Origin: an uncultured Verrucomicrobiae bacterium
GTDB taxonomy: Bacteria > Verrucomicrobiota > Verrucomicrobiia > Palsa-1439
DNA length: 64,000 bases
Reading direction: 5' to 3'
Assembly: GCA_963842185.1 (NCBI GenBank)
Contig: CAWJFL010000015.1
Location: 1,233 to 65,232, forward strand
This document shows positions 18,994 to 29,514 of the stretch, in pieces. The notes beneath the pieces are model-generated. The model saw only the letters and a program-made list of their open reading frames with translations. It was not told the DNA's origin and did no database searches. A program made the position numbers and the translations under genes. Numbering within the stretch: the stretch's first letter is position 1; each line of letters begins with the position of its first letter.

Positions 18994-21900
18994 ATGAAAT
19001 TCACCGATTTGTTCATCCGCCGGCCGGTCGTGGCGACCGTGATCAACCTGATCATTTTGTTGGCGGGTCTGCAGGCGATTCGCAGCCTCAACGTGCGGCA
19101 GTACCCGCGCAGCGACATCGCCATCGTCACCATCAAGACGACCTATGTGGGAGCGAACGCGGACCTTGTGCGCGGATTCATCACCACGCCGCTGGAGCGC
19201 GTCATCGCCAGCGCGGACGGCATCGACTACATCGAATCCGAAAGCGCGCAGGGACTGAGCACCATCACGGTGCATTTGAAGATCAACTACGACAACAACG
19301 CAGCGCTCACACAGATTCAGGCAAAAGTCGCCCAGGTGCGCAACGATCTGCCGCCCGAAGCCGAAGCGCCCGTCATCGAGCTCGAGACCAGCGATAACCA
19401 GTTCGCCGCCGCCTACCTGAGTTTTTATTCCAAGGACCTCGACCAGAATCAAATCACTGATTATCTGACACGGGTTGTCCAGCCGAAGTTGACCGCGGTC
19501 AGCGGCGTCCAGCGGGCGGACATCCTTGGCGCCCGCACGTTCGCGATGCGCGTCTGGCTGAAGGCGGATCGATTGGCTGCGTTGAACATCTCTCCGTCCG
19601 AAGTGCGCCAGGCGCTGGCGGCCAACAATTACTTGTCCGCGGTTGGGGCGACGAAGGGATCGATGATTTCCGTAAACCTGACCGCCAACACTGATCTGCG
19701 CACGGCGGAGGAGTTTCGCAATCTCGTGGTCCGCCAGAAAGACGGCACCATTGTTCGATTGAAGGACGTCGCCGACGTCGAGCTGGGCGCGGAGACTTAT
19801 GATGAAGACGTGCGGTTTTCCGGCGAGAAGGCCACGTTCATGGGCATCTGGGTGTTGCCGACTGCCAATTCCCTGGACGTGATCAAGGCGGTACGGGCCG
19901 AACTTCCCGAGATCAAACGGCAGTTGCCGGCGGGTATGAATGTCGGTGTTCCGTACGACTCGACCGAGTACATCAACGACGCGCTGCACGAGGTGACCCA
20001 CACCCTGATCGAAACGCTGATCATCGTGATCATCGTCATCTTTTTGTTCCTCGGTTCGTTCCGCTCCGTGGTGATTCCGGTTGTGGCCATTCCGATCTCG
20101 CTCATCGGCGCGGCGTTCTTGATGCTGGTGTTTGGATTCACCCTGAACCTTCTGACGCTGCTGGCGATTGTGCTTTCGGTGGGGCTGGTCGTGGACGACG
20201 CGATCGTGGTCGTCGAAAACGTCGAACGTCATTTGCACGAGGGGCTGACGCCGTACGACGCCGCCATCAAGGGCGCGAGGGAATTGTTCAGCCCGATCAT
20301 CGCGATGACGATCACGTTGGCGGCGGTGTATGCGCCGATTGGGTTTCAGGGCGGCCTGACCGGAGCGTTGTTCCGCGAGTTCGCGCTCACACTCGCGGGG
20401 GCGGTGATTGTATCCGGGGTCGTCGCCATTACCTTGTCGCCGATGATGTCGTCGAAACTGCTGCGCGCCGGCACGACACACCACGGTTTTGCGGGAATGA
20501 TCAACCGGCATTTTGACATTCTGCGGAAGAAATATGTCCAGATACTCACGAACACGCTCCAATGGCGGCCGGTCACGATCACTCTGGCGGTCATTGTCAT
20601 CCTCCTGATGGTGCCGTTCCTGTTGTTTTCGCAACACGAGTTGGCGCCGAAAGAGGATCAGGGCGTGGTCTTCGGCATTGTCCAGGCCGCACCCAACGCC
20701 ACCATCGACCAGACCACGCGGTTCACCGAAAAAGTGAACGACGTGTTCGAGTCGATGCCGGAGACGGAGCATACATTCCAGATTACCGATCCCTCGGGAG
20801 GTTTTTCCGGCATGGTGACGAAACCGTGGAGCCAGCGGAAACGTTCCACGGAACAAATCCTCGCCGACGTGTCGGGAAAACTCAGCAGCATTCCCGGGGT
20901 CCGCATCATCCCCACGACGCCAGCGCCGCTGCCCGGCAGCGGGAACTTCCCGGTGGAATTTGTCATCGTTTCCACCGCGGAGCCGCAGGAGCTTCTCGAA
21001 TTCGCGAATCAACTGGTGGCAAAGGCATTCCAGAGCGGCATCTTCATGTTTGCCGACACGGACCTGAAATTCGACCAACCTCAGACGGAGGTTGTATTTG
21101 ATCGTGACAAGGTGGCATCGCTGGGGCTGAACCTGCAACAGGTCGGCCTCGATCTGGGCACGATGTTGGGAGGCGATTACGTGAATCGCTTCAGTATCGA
21201 GGGGCGCAGCTACAAGGTCATTCCCCAGGTCACGCGCGTGCAGCGGTTGAATGCCGACCAGTTGAAGGATTTCTACGTCAGCGGCCCGAACGGGAAACTG
21301 GTGCAACTTTCGACGTTTGCGACGTTGAAGAACACGACGGAACCACGGGCGATTTATCGGTTTCAGCAGTTGAACTCCGTCAAAGTCCAGGCGGCGACGT
21401 CTCCCGGCGTGACGCTCGACCAGGCGTTGAAGGTGCTCGAACAGGAAGCGGCGAGGATTCTCCCGAAGGGGTACACGGTCGATTATGCCGGGGAAGCGCG
21501 ACAGTTGCGGGTGGAAGGGAACAATCTGAATTCGACACTGATTTTGTCCTTCATCCTCATCTTCCTGGTTTTGGCAGCACAGTTTGAGAGTTTCCGCGAT
21601 CCATTTATCATTTTGCTTGGGTCGGTGCCGCTGGCGCTCTCGGGATCGTTACTCTTCGCCTTTCTCGGATTCACAACGCTCAACATCTACAGCCAGATCG
21701 GGTTGATCACGTTGGTCGGATTGGTCTCCAAGAACGGAATCCTGATTGTCGAATTTGCCAACAAACTGCAGGCATCAGGCGCCGCCAAACTCCACGCGGT
21801 CATCGAGGCGGCGGGAACGCGGCTGCGCCCGATCTTGATGACGTCCGTGGCGACCATTGCCGGCCATTTCCCGCTGGTGTTGGCCCGCGGGCCGGGCGCC

Positions 21901-22119
21901 GGGTCCCGTAACAGCATCGGTACCGTCCTGGTGACGGGCATGGGCGTCGGCACATTGTTCACGTTGTTTGTCGTCCCGGCCATCTACATGCTCGTGGCGC
22001 GCAATCACGCGGCGAGTGCCAAAAGAGTTGGAACGGAAGAGGAGATTGCGGAATCAGAATTGGAACACGCCGCCGGCGTCGCATCGCTCCGTAGCGATGT
22101 GCTCGGGAAGCAACGGTGA
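18994..22119 (+). CDS. RND efflux permease (AcrB/HAE1-like, 1041 aa)
   Basis: Length, 12-TM architecture, typical MKFTDLFIRRPV N-terminus and AcrB-like periplasmic loops; no outer membrane factor gene adjacent. Confidence 0.95.
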   Translation: MKFTDLFIRRPVVATVINLIILLAGLQAIRSLNVRQYPRSDIAIVTIKTTYVGANADLVRGFITTPLERVIASADGIDYIESESAQGLSTITVHLKINYDNNAALTQIQAKVAQVRNDLPPEAEAPVIELETSDNQFAAAYLSFYSKDLDQNQITDYLTRVVQPKLTAVSGVQRADILGARTFAMRVWLKADRLAALNISPSEVRQALAANNYLSAVGATKGSMISVNLTANTDLRTAEEFRNLVVRQKDGTIVRLKDVADVELGAETYDEDVRFSGEKATFMGIWVLPTANSLDVIKAVRAELPEIKRQLPAGMNVGVPYDSTEYINDALHEVTHTLIETLIIVIIVIFLFLGSFRSVVIPVVAIPISLIGAAFLMLVFGFTLNLLTLLAIVLSVGLVVDDAIVVVENVERHLHEGLTPYDAAIKGARELFSPIIAMTITLAAVYAPIGFQGGLTGALFREFALTLAGAVIVSGVVAITLSPMMSSKLLRAGTTHHGFAGMINRHFDILRKKYVQILTNTLQWRPVTITLAVIVILLMVPFLLFSQHELAPKEDQGVVFGIVQAAPNATIDQTTRFTEKVNDVFESMPETEHTFQITDPSGGFSGMVTKPWSQRKRSTEQILADVSGKLSSIPGVRIIPTTPAPLPGSGNFPVEFVIVSTAEPQELLEFANQLVAKAFQSGIFMFADTDLKFDQPQTEVVFDRDKVASLGLNLQQVGLDLGTMLGGDYVNRFSIEGRSYKVIPQVTRVQRLNADQLKDFYVSGPNGKLVQLSTFATLKNTTEPRAIYRFQQLNSVKVQAATSPGVTLDQALKVLEQEAARILPKGYTVDYAGEARQLRVEGNNLNSTLILSFILIFLVLAAQFESFRDPFIILLGSVPLALSGSLLFAFLGFTTLNIYSQIGLITLVGLVSKNGILIVEFANKLQASGAAKLHAVIEAAGTRLRPILMTSVATIAGHFPLVLARGPGAGSRNSIGTVLVTGMGVGTLFTLFVVPAIYMLVARNHAASAKRVGTEEEIAESELEHAAGVASLRSDVLGKQR

Positions 22120-22811
22120 AGGGTGCGAAATCAACGAATGAGATCAAGGGACGGACAATAGTGAACACCATCCATCGCGAACAACTCGTGAATCAACTCC
22201 GCTGGCGGTACGCCACGAAACGATTCGACCCGCAGCGCAAGATCAGCGCTGAAGACTGGGCGGCGCTGGAAGAGGCGCTTGTGCTCACGCCTTCGTCCTT
22301 TGGGCTGCAACCTTGGAAATTCATCGTGATCACCGATCCAGCGGTGAAAGAAAAGCTGGTTCCCGTCTCGTGGGGGCAGCGCCAGCCGGCGGATTGCTCG
22401 CATCTGGTCGTGTTCGCGATCAAGAAGGACCTCGGTGAAGCCGAGATCGACTCGTTTCTCAAACGGACCGCGGAAGTGCGGAAGGTGTCTGTCGAATCGC
22501 TCGCGGGATACCGCGACATGATGGTCGGCAGTCTCGTCAAGGGATTGGACAGTGCCGCGCGAAATGGCTGGGCCGAGCGGCAGGTATATATCGCCGTGGG
22601 CAATTTCCTCACCAGCGCGGCGTTGTTGGGCATCGATGCGTGCCCGATGGAAGGCATCGAGCCCAAGAAGTACGACGAAATCCTCGGTTTGGACAAGCTG
22701 GGATTGAGCGCCATTGTCGTCGTGACCGCCGGCTATCGGGCTGCGGGGGACAAAAACGCCACTCTTCAAAAGGTCCGCTTCCCGAAGGAACAGGTCATCC
22801 TGCACATCTGA
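22116..22811 (+). CDS. nitroreductase family NAD(P)H oxidoreductase (start possibly GTG 22161)
   Basis: RYATKRFDPQRKIS and SSFGLQPWKFIVI motifs. Confidence 0.85.
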   Translation: MKGAKSTNEIKGRTIVNTIHREQLVNQLRWRYATKRFDPQRKISAEDWAALEEALVLTPSSFGLQPWKFIVITDPAVKEKLVPVSWGQRQPADCSHLVVFAIKKDLGEAEIDSFLKRTAEVRKVSVESLAGYRDMMVGSLVKGLDSAARNGWAERQVYIAVGNFLTSAALLGIDACPMEGIEPKKYDEILGLDKLGLSAIVVVTAGYRAAGDKNATLQKVRFPKEQVILHI

Positions 22812-22991
22812 CGCGGGCGGTGCTTGGGGAACGGACGGGCGTCGGCCACAAAAGCTGCGTCGCTTGATACAATCACTTGCTATTCCTGCGATTGGGCTTA
22901 CGGTGCTGTGGAGAGTCGAAGTTGCAGGGCAGCTGGCTTTGCTTTCTGTTGTTCCCAATCGACCCATCGTCAACGCAGTGGAGATGAATCT

Positions 22992-23219
22992 ATGAACAAG
23001 CAAGCCGCAGAGATGGCAGGGCGCATCCAACGTGCCATCAAATCAGGAAAGCTTACGGCCGACGGAAGCTACACAATTCCCACACTGGTGGCCGCTATCG
23101 GCACGACACGGGGACAATTGCGTCAGGCCGTCAATCGGGAGTTCGGATCGGTCGCAAGCTTCTGCACACACCTCGGATTTGGTCTGATGATCACCGAGGC
23201 AGTCGCCGCGGTCCAATAA
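22992..23219 (+). CDS. hypothetical small protein, HTH-like segment (75 aa)
   Basis: ORF 22824..23219 trimmed to ATG 22992; TIPTLVAAIGTTRGQLRQAVNREFG looks helix-turn-helix-like. Confidence 0.4.
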   Translation: MNKQAAEMAGRIQRAIKSGKLTADGSYTIPTLVAAIGTTRGQLRQAVNREFGSVASFCTHLGFGLMITEAVAAVQ

Positions 23220-23225
23220 TTGACT

Positions 23226-23588
23226 CTATTGGCGGAAGAACGACAGGGCGTCTGTTAACGCCCACATGTGGGAACGTCCGGGCCGCCGGCCCGCCGAGTC
23301 ACATGACCCACGCGAGGGGCGCACTACTTGATCGCCACGATCCTCCGCCGCCTGACGGAAGGGCTTCACAGGCCCCGGCTGCGCACGTTCCGTAAACAGC
23401 ACACATTTCCCGTCACGTCCAAAGATCCATCCCTCGTAGAGCCACCCGAGAAACTTACCGCCGTACGTGTAGACCCCACTGTCACTCAGCCAGGCCACCG
23501 GCGTCCCGTCCCGCATGTAGATGGACACCTTATCTTCATCGACGTAGGCGACCGCATGACCATGTTTATCCCAAAGATCGGTTATCAT
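23226..23588 (-). CDS. 4-fold beta-flower-like small protein
   Basis: Repeated beta-hairpin pattern GHAVAYVDEDKVSIYMRDGTPVAWLSDSGVYTYGGKFLGWLYEGWIF followed by Pro/Arg-rich tail (family recalled from memory). Confidence 0.5.
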   Translation of the reverse strand: MITDLWDKHGHAVAYVDEDKVSIYMRDGTPVAWLSDSGVYTYGGKFLGWLYEGWIFGRDGKCVLFTERAQPGPVKPFRQAAEDRGDQVVRPSRGSCDSAGRRPGRSHMWALTDALSFFRQ

Positions 23589-23620
23589 GAACCGGCCTCA
23601 ATCGCGGGGAGGCGCGCGAT

Positions 23621-24013
23621 TCAGTAGGCGAGCTTCAACTCGTAGCGCAGGATGTTGTGGCAATGGACCGTGTCGATCGTGGTCTTGTTTTGCCAGCCCT
23701 GGCAGGACAGCTCGCCGCTGACGGTCGTGCGTTTTTGGGCGACGGCTGTGGCGAGTTCCTTGGTCAGATCAAAATCGCCGCGGATGCACTCCTCGTTGGG
23801 ACACCGGAAACGGAACACGGACTTGGCATGCTCGAGATTGACGGAGTATTTGAGTTGACCGTTCTGGGCAACTCCTTTGGGACTGTAATATCCCACATTC
23901 ACGTTGAGAGACTTCAACTTCTGGAATTTGTCCGCCAGACTGGGCGAGGCTTTCACCCGCTCGCCTTCTTGATCGCGGTATTCCGCTCGGAGACCGATTC
24001 TTTGTCGATACAT
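23621..24013 (-). CDS. hypothetical Cys-containing protein (130 aa)
   Basis: ORF 23621..24118 trimmed to MYRQRIGL; CPNEEC...C...HC pattern; 32 nt upstream of the beta-flower gene on same strand. Confidence 0.45.
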   Translation of the reverse strand: MYRQRIGLRAEYRDQEGERVKASPSLADKFQKLKSLNVNVGYYSPKGVAQNGQLKYSVNLEHAKSVFRFRCPNEECIRGDFDLTKELATAVAQKRTTVSGELSCQGWQNKTTIDTVHCHNILRYELKLAY

Positions 24014-24168
24014 AATGGCAACTTTCTGGGCTGAGTTTAGTGGCAACGGAACGTCGACAGATAACTGGAGAGTCGAGGAACGAACACGGCAACGCTGCCG
24101 TGGCCCACTTAATGCCACAGCGTACTCCCAATCGGTAGAATAGCAACCTATTCCTCCGTATTACGGCA

Positions 24169-24187
24169 TAGGGTGTTTACCCCATGG
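24169..24187. promoter_or_regulatory. palindromic intergenic motif tagGGTGTTTACCCCATGg
   Basis: Shares 15-mer GGGTGTTTACCCCAT with 36997..37020; divergent intergenic region. Confidence 0.35.
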
Positions 24188-24294
24188 TGGTTGTTGCCGG
24201 ACAGGCTTACATTGATCCAGCATCAAAGAGATGGGCGTTCACTCGAATTTGGCTGGCCGGATGGGGCGCAAGCTGAAGTCTTGAGGAGCTACAC

Positions 24295-24615
24295 ATGGCG
24301 CTTACGAACATAGGCAGTGTTACCAGCAAGAGAGATCTGGCGATCTTGGGGGTGTTTGCCGGTTCGTTCACGGCGATGCTCCTGTCCCGAATGAATGTCT
24401 GGGGTATTCTTGTCATTTCGGCGTTGTTTATCGGCTACCTTTCCTGGGCTGCGACCCAGTTTCTCGTGAGGCAACACACTTTTAACAGCAGAAGTATTAC
24501 GGCGTGGGCTCTGCCGGTGGGCATGGCGGTTTTTAAAGTCCTGTTGTGCCTGGGCCTGGTCTGGCTGGTCGTGTGGTTCGTTCGCCGTCTGTTTGGATTT
24601 CAACTCTCCGGGTAG
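24295..24615 (+). CDS. small integral membrane protein (3 predicted TM)
   Basis: Three hydrophobic stretches of about 20 aa. Confidence 0.5.
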   Translation: MALTNIGSVTSKRDLAILGVFAGSFTAMLLSRMNVWGILVISALFIGYLSWAATQFLVRQHTFNSRSITAWALPVGMAVFKVLLCLGLVWLVVWFVRRLFGFQLSG

Positions 24616-24699
24616 GCGGGAACACGTACAACCTCAATGGGGCACAGTCGAAATGGGTCGGACCACCTTTGGCATGGCGGGGGAGATCTTAGAGCGAAA

Positions 24700-25020
24700 A
24701 TGACAAACACTCTCTCACCCAAGGAACTGCGCATTCTTCAGGTTGTGGCAGGGCATCCTCGCAGGAATCTGAAGATTCAGGGGTCTGATTCGCTACCCCC
24801 GGGAATGCATGAGACTGCGTTGGTCAAAGAAACAGGGATACCGCTCGACGAACTGATGACGCTTCGTCGTGACGAATATGACAGAATCCGGCGAAGCGGC
24901 CCTGTCCAAACGTTATGCGCGAAGCTCCTCGTGGGTTTGACCGATGGGGATCGAAAGGACCGCTTCGGGTATGTGTGGATCACGCCTGCGGGATTGCAGG
25001 CATCCCACCCGGGGCATTGA
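24700..25020 (+). CDS. hypothetical protein (106 aa)
   Basis: ORF 24637..25020 trimmed to ATG 24700; no recognised motif. Confidence 0.4.
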   Translation: MTNTLSPKELRILQVVAGHPRRNLKIQGSDSLPPGMHETALVKETGIPLDELMTLRRDEYDRIRRSGPVQTLCAKLLVGLTDGDRKDRFGYVWITPAGLQASHPGH

Positions 25021-25069
25021 TCCAAAGTGGAACACCCGGCCATGGGCCGAGATTGCGGCGCGAGGAATT

Positions 25070-25384
25070 GTGAAGATCAAAAACATCTGCCGACTGGAAT
25101 TTGAACGGTTCCTGCGGTTTCATACCATTCTGGAGTTGGCCATGGGCCGGGAGGTCGAATGGTTCAGTGACGCCGTGGAGAATACGATTGGCACGATCGC
25201 CTTCAGTCAGGGCCAACGGGGCTGGAACTACGCCGTTCTGAGGCGGGATTGGACGGGTGACTTCCAAGTCCGCGATTTGGGAGCGAACCTGTACAGCCTG
25301 GAGGCCGCCCGGGTTGACTTTCGACGAGCAATGACCGAGGCGGAAAACGCCGAACATTCCATTTTCCCACGCAACTCGGAATGA
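25070..25384 (+). CDS. hypothetical protein, tandem paralog A
   Basis: EVEWFSDAVENTIGTIAFSQGQRGWNYAVLRRDWTGDFQV...SLEAARVDF aligns with paralog B; GTG start inferred from alignment. Confidence 0.5.
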   Translation: MKIKNICRLEFERFLRFHTILELAMGREVEWFSDAVENTIGTIAFSQGQRGWNYAVLRRDWTGDFQVRDLGANLYSLEAARVDFRRAMTEAENAEHSIFPRNSE

Positions 25385-25390
25385 AGGGGC

Positions 25391-25415
25391 GTCAGGTGAA
25401 CGATTACCCCATATG
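25391..25415. promoter_or_regulatory. intergenic motif caGGTGaacgaTTACCCCATATG
   Basis: 12-mer TTACCCCATATG identical to part of the 37 kb palindrome; lies between the two paralogs. Confidence 0.3.
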
Positions 25416-25564
25416 CTTTGCGAAACAACTCGCTATTCCCGGGATGAGGCTTACAGTGGGATTGGGTCTCGGCGAGCTGTCACCCTCCGACCAGATTCCA
25501 CCGCGACACGACGCGGCCAGACGGCACGACCCAACCTCAACTGTCGCTGCCGGGAAAGGCATCC

Positions 25565-25900
25565 ATGCCATTTGAAAGCATCAGCCGGGAACGATTCGAC
25601 GCGCTTCAGCCACCGTCGTTGATTTTGGAAAGGCTCCGGGTGGAACAGGTCGAATGGTTCACCAATACGGTGGGAAACGTCATCGGCACGATCGCTGGGA
25701 AGCCGGACGATGGCTGGAGTTACGCCGTCTTGAAGGGGGACCGGAACGGCAATTATCGAGTCTGCACCCTGGGAGGGGACACCTTCAGTTTAAGGGCGGC
25801 CCGCTCGCGGTTCCTGCTGGATATGGAAGCGGCGGAGAAAGCCGAGGAGGAACTGGCGCGCTTGGAGAGACGAAAGACGACGATGAATCGACGCCCATGA
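25565..25900 (+). CDS. hypothetical protein, tandem paralog B
   Basis: QVEWFTNTVGNVIGTIAGKPDDGWSYAVLKGDRNGNYRV...SLRAARSRF; see paralog A. Confidence 0.55.
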   Translation: MPFESISRERFDALQPPSLILERLRVEQVEWFTNTVGNVIGTIAGKPDDGWSYAVLKGDRNGNYRVCTLGGDTFSLRAARSRFLLDMEAAEKAEEELARLERRKTTMNRRP

Positions 25901-26124
25901 AGCCAAAAACCGAACAGGTGAAACCGCTCAGCGAACGGGAAGTGCAAGCGTTCCTCAATGGTGACCGGGAGTTGTCGGAGCAAGGCAGCATCCAGTGGCG
26001 GAGAAACGGCATCTGGCGTTGGGTCAGTTCCGACGGGTTGGCGTTCGCCGCTTCGGACGGCCGAACCATCGAAATCAGCCGGACCGCCAATGGGGAAACG
26101 GTAACGGTCTCGCTCCCTCATTGA
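25897..26124 (+). CDS. hypothetical small protein (75 aa), translationally coupled
   Basis: ATGA start/stop overlap with paralog B at 25897-25900. Confidence 0.45.
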   Translation: MKPKTEQVKPLSEREVQAFLNGDRELSEQGSIQWRRNGIWRWVSSDGLAFAASDGRTIEISRTANGETVTVSLPH

Positions 26125-26278
26125 ACGCGAGGCGCGGACAGGTGTCAAAAACGGCTGGGCAGGGCAGGATGACCTTTTTGAATCGAATCCGGCCCGGTCG
26201 CATCTAAAGTGCGTACAGGGTCGCGGTTACCGTTCGCCTCATCGACATGGGCCCGGTTCAGGCCCTGAAAGAACATTT

Positions 26279-27133
26279 ATGGTTACGGATCGATACAACG
26301 AAAGCAGCGATACCATCCAGCTCTACATGCGGGAGATTGGGCGGACGCCGCTATTGACGCGCGCGGAGGAGCGTAAACTGGCTACGCGAGTCCGGCGCGG
26401 CGACAAGCAGGCGCGCGAACAGATGATCAAAGCCAATCTGCGCCTCGTCGTAAAGATCTCCTATGACTACGCCAATTTCGGAATGCCGTTGCTCGATGTG
26501 ATCAACGAAGGCAACATCGGCCTGATGAAGGCCGTCGAGCGATTCAATCCCAGGAAGGGCGCCAAGCTTTCCACGTATGCGGCGTTGTGGATCAAGCAGT
26601 CCATCCGCCGCGCCCTGTCGAACCAGTCCAAGACGATCCGGCTGCCTGTTCACGTCGTGGACAAAGTCCACAAATTGCATCGCGCGAGTGTCGAACTCAC
26701 CGAGACGCTGGGCCGCGAGCCAACGGATGCCGAGTTGGCCAAACGGCTGGGCATCGCGCCGGCCAAGGTGGCCCAACTTCGCGCGTGCGGTGTGAGCCCC
26801 GTCAGCTTGGACGCTCCGATCGGGGATGAGGACGACAATCGATTCAGCGACATTGTCGAGGACGAGGGGGCGATGACTCCGTATGAACTGCTTCGCGTCA
26901 AAACGATGCGGCAGGAAATCCGCGAGCATATCCGGCACCTGACGCCGCGCGAGGCGGAAATCCTGACCATGCGTTTCGGATTGGACGGCAAGGAACCACG
27001 AACGTTGGATGACGTGGGGAAGAAATTCAAGGTGACCCGCGAACGCATCCGCCAGATTCAGGAGCTGGCGCTTGGCAAACTTCGCCGGCGGGTTGAGGCA
27101 CTCGACAACGCCGATCTCATTGGCAAATCCTAA
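26279..27133 (+). CDS. sigma-70 family RNA polymerase sigma factor (RpoD/SigA-like without region 1.1, 284 aa)
   Basis: Region 2 [41 protein letters not shown], region 4.2 [24 protein letters not shown]. Confidence 0.92.
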   Translation: MVTDRYNESSDTIQLYMREIGRTPLLTRAEERKLATRVRRGDKQAREQMIKANLRLVVKISYDYANFGMPLLDVINEGNIGLMKAVERFNPRKGAKLSTYAALWIKQSIRRALSNQSKTIRLPVHVVDKVHKLHRASVELTETLGREPTDAELAKRLGIAPAKVAQLRACGVSPVSLDAPIGDEDDNRFSDIVEDEGAMTPYELLRVKTMRQEIREHIRHLTPREAEILTMRFGLDGKEPRTLDDVGKKFKVTRERIRQIQELALGKLRRRVEALDNADLIGKS

Positions 27134-29514
27134 CCGCTTACGCCCCATTTCCAGTCGCGGATTTCGGGCATGTCCTGGCCGTATTTGTCGATGTATTGCT
27201 TGTGCTCGATCAGCTTGTCCTTGAGTTGCTGCTTCAGATAGATGCCCTTCTCGCCGGTCTGCGGCACGCGGTCGATGGTGTCCATGACGAGGTGGAAGCG
27301 ATCCAGATCGTTCATTACCGTCATGTCGAAGGGCGTGGTGATGGTGCCCTCTTCCTTGTAGCCGCGGACGTGGATGTTGTCGTGGTTGGTGCGACGATAG
27401 GTCAGCCGGTGGATCAACCACGGGTAGGCATGGAAGGCGAAGATCACCGGCTTGTCCTTGGTGAAGAGTTCATCGAAATCCACATCGCTCAACCCGTGCG
27501 GGTGCTCGGTTTGCGGCTCCAACTTCATCAGGTCAACGACGTTGACCACCCGGATTTTCAAGTCGGGCAGATGCTCGCGTAAAATGGAGACGGCGGCAAG
27601 CGTCTCCAGCGTGGGCACATCGCCGCAGCAGGCCATGACCACGTCTGGCTCGGCGCCTTGGTCGTTGCTGGCCCATTGCCAGATGCCAATGCCCTCGGTG
27701 CAGTGCTTGACGGCGGCGTCCATCGTCAGCCATTGCGGAGCCGGGTGTTTGCCCGCGACGACGACGTTGACATAATGCCGGCTGCGCAGGCAGTGATCCA
27801 TCACCGACAGCAGGCAGTTCGCGTCGGGGGGCAGGTACACGCGCACGACCTCGGCTTTCTTGTTCACCACGTGATCGATGAACCCGGGGTCCTGATGGGT
27901 GAAACCGTTGTGATCCTGGCGCCAGACGTGCGAGGCCAGCAGGTAATTCAACGACGCGATCTTGCGCCGCCACGGCAGCTGCGACGTGACTTTCAGCCAC
28001 TTGGCGTGCTGGTTGAACATCGAATCGACGATATGGATGAACGCCTCGTAGCAGTTGAATAGTCCGTGCCGCCCGGTGAGCAGGTAGCCCTCCAGCCAAC
28101 CCTCGCATTGATGCTCGCTGAGCATTTCCATCACGCGCCCGGTGGGGGCGAGAAATTCGTCGTTCGGCACGGTTGCCGCGTCCCATTGGCGTTTGGTCAC
28201 TTCAAAAACGGCTTCCAAGCCGTTGGAGAGAGTCTCGTCAGGACCGAAGACACGGAAGTTCTTCGGCTCGGCGTTGAGCTTGGCCACGTCGCGCAGAAAG
28301 CGCCCCAGCACATGCGTGTCACCGATGCCGGGAGCACCCGGCGCGGGCACGTTGACCGCGTAATCACGGAAATCGGGCATCCGCAGATCGCGGAGCAGAA
28401 TGCCGCCGTTGGCATGTGGGTTCGCGCCCATGCGTCGGTCGCCCGTGGGCGCGAGTTCGGCGAGTTCTGGTTTCAGGCGGCCCTGTTCGTCGAAGAGTTC
28501 CTCGGGCCGGTAGCTCTTCAGCCAGTCTTCCAACAGTTTGAGGTGTTCGGGATGAGTAGCCGGGTCGGAGAGCGGCACTTGGTGCGAACGGAAGGTGCCT
28601 TCAATCGGCAAGCCATCGATTATCTTCGGTCCCGTCCAACCCTTGGGTGAATTTAGCACGATCATGGGCCAGCGTGGACGCGTGAGATTGCCGTGGACGC
28701 GGGCGTCTTGCTGGATTTGCTTGATCTGCTCCACCACCGTATCGAGCGTCGCGGCCATGGCTTCGTGCATCCGCGCGGGCTCGTGACCCTCGACGAAATG
28801 GGGCGTCCAGCCGTAGCCCTGGAGCAACTGTTCCAATTCCTCGCGGGTGACGCGGGCGAGGATGGTCGGGTTGGAGATCTTGTAGCCGTTGAGATGCAGA
28901 ATCGGGAGGACTACGCCATCGGTGATCGGATCGAGAAATTTGTTGGAATGCCATGCCGTGGCCAGCGGGCCCGTTTCCGCTTCGCCATCGCCAACGACGC
29001 AGGCCACGACGAGATCGGGATTGTCGAACACCGCCCCGAACGAATGGCTGAGCGAATACCCCAGTTCGCCGCCCTCGTGGATCGACCCCGGGCACTCCGG
29101 CGAAGCATGGCTGGGAATCCCGCCCGGAAACGAGAACTGCGTGAAGAGCTTCTTGAGACCGGCCTCATCCTGGCTGATGTTGGGATAGATTTCGCTGTAT
29201 GTGCCTTCGAGATACGTGTTGCCCACGACGGCCGGGCCGCCGTGGCCGGGGCCGGAAACGTAAATCATGTCGAGGTCATACTTCTTGATGATCCGGTTCA
29301 GGTGGACATAGATGAAGTTCTGACCCGGTGTCGTGCCCCAATGCCCCAGCAGCATGTGCTTCACGTGCGCAAGCGTCAGCGGCTGCTTTAGTAACGGGTT
29401 GTCCCAAAGATAGATTTGTCCGACCGATAGATAATTTGCGGCGCGCCAGTACGCGTCCATCTTCTGGAGCAGTTCCGGGGTGAGTGTTTTCGACTTCGTT
29501 TTTGCTTTCATCAT
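27130..29514 (-). CDS. xfp: phosphoketolase (xylulose-5-P/fructose-6-P)
   Basis: 794 aa; [19 protein letters not shown]-binding GDGEAETG motifs. Confidence 0.95.
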   Translation of the reverse strand: MMKAKTKSKTLTPELLQKMDAYWRAANYLSVGQIYLWDNPLLKQPLTLAHVKHMLLGHWGTTPGQNFIYVHLNRIIKKYDLDMIYVSGPGHGGPAVVGNTYLEGTYSEIYPNISQDEAGLKKLFTQFSFPGGIPSHASPECPGSIHEGGELGYSLSHSFGAVFDNPDLVVACVVGDGEAETGPLATAWHSNKFLDPITDGVVLPILHLNGYKISNPTILARVTREELEQLLQGYGWTPHFVEGHEPARMHEAMAATLDTVVEQIKQIQQDARVHGNLTRPRWPMIVLNSPKGWTGPKIIDGLPIEGTFRSHQVPLSDPATHPEHLKLLEDWLKSYRPEELFDEQGRLKPELAELAPTGDRRMGANPHANGGILLRDLRMPDFRDYAVNVPAPGAPGIGDTHVLGRFLRDVAKLNAEPKNFRVFGPDETLSNGLEAVFEVTKRQWDAATVPNDEFLAPTGRVMEMLSEHQCEGWLEGYLLTGRHGLFNCYEAFIHIVDSMFNQHAKWLKVTSQLPWRRKIASLNYLLASHVWRQDHNGFTHQDPGFIDHVVNKKAEVVRVYLPPDANCLLSVMDHCLRSRHYVNVVVAGKHPAPQWLTMDAAVKHCTEGIGIWQWASNDQGAEPDVVMACCGDVPTLETLAAVSILREHLPDLKIRVVNVVDLMKLEPQTEHPHGLSDVDFDELFTKDKPVIFAFHAYPWLIHRLTYRRTNHDNIHVRGYKEEGTITTPFDMTVMNDLDRFHLVMDTIDRVPQTGEKGIYLKQQLKDKLIEHKQYIDKYGQDMPEIRDWKWGVSG

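Noticed and set aside
18841-21306. 821-aa ORF antisense to the RND permease. Similar long antisense ORFs occur at 44531..45736, 40970..41887, 56006..57121 and 27533..28186.
   Set aside because: High-GC genomes give long stop-free antisense frames. The products are Arg/His/Gln/Asp-rich with no motifs and fully overlap strongly supported genes.
25381-25575. 64-aa ORF filling the spacer between the tandem paralogs
   Set aside because: It overlaps the stop of paralog A and the start of paralog B and has no RBS. The spacer contains the TACCCCAT motif, so it is more likely regulatory.
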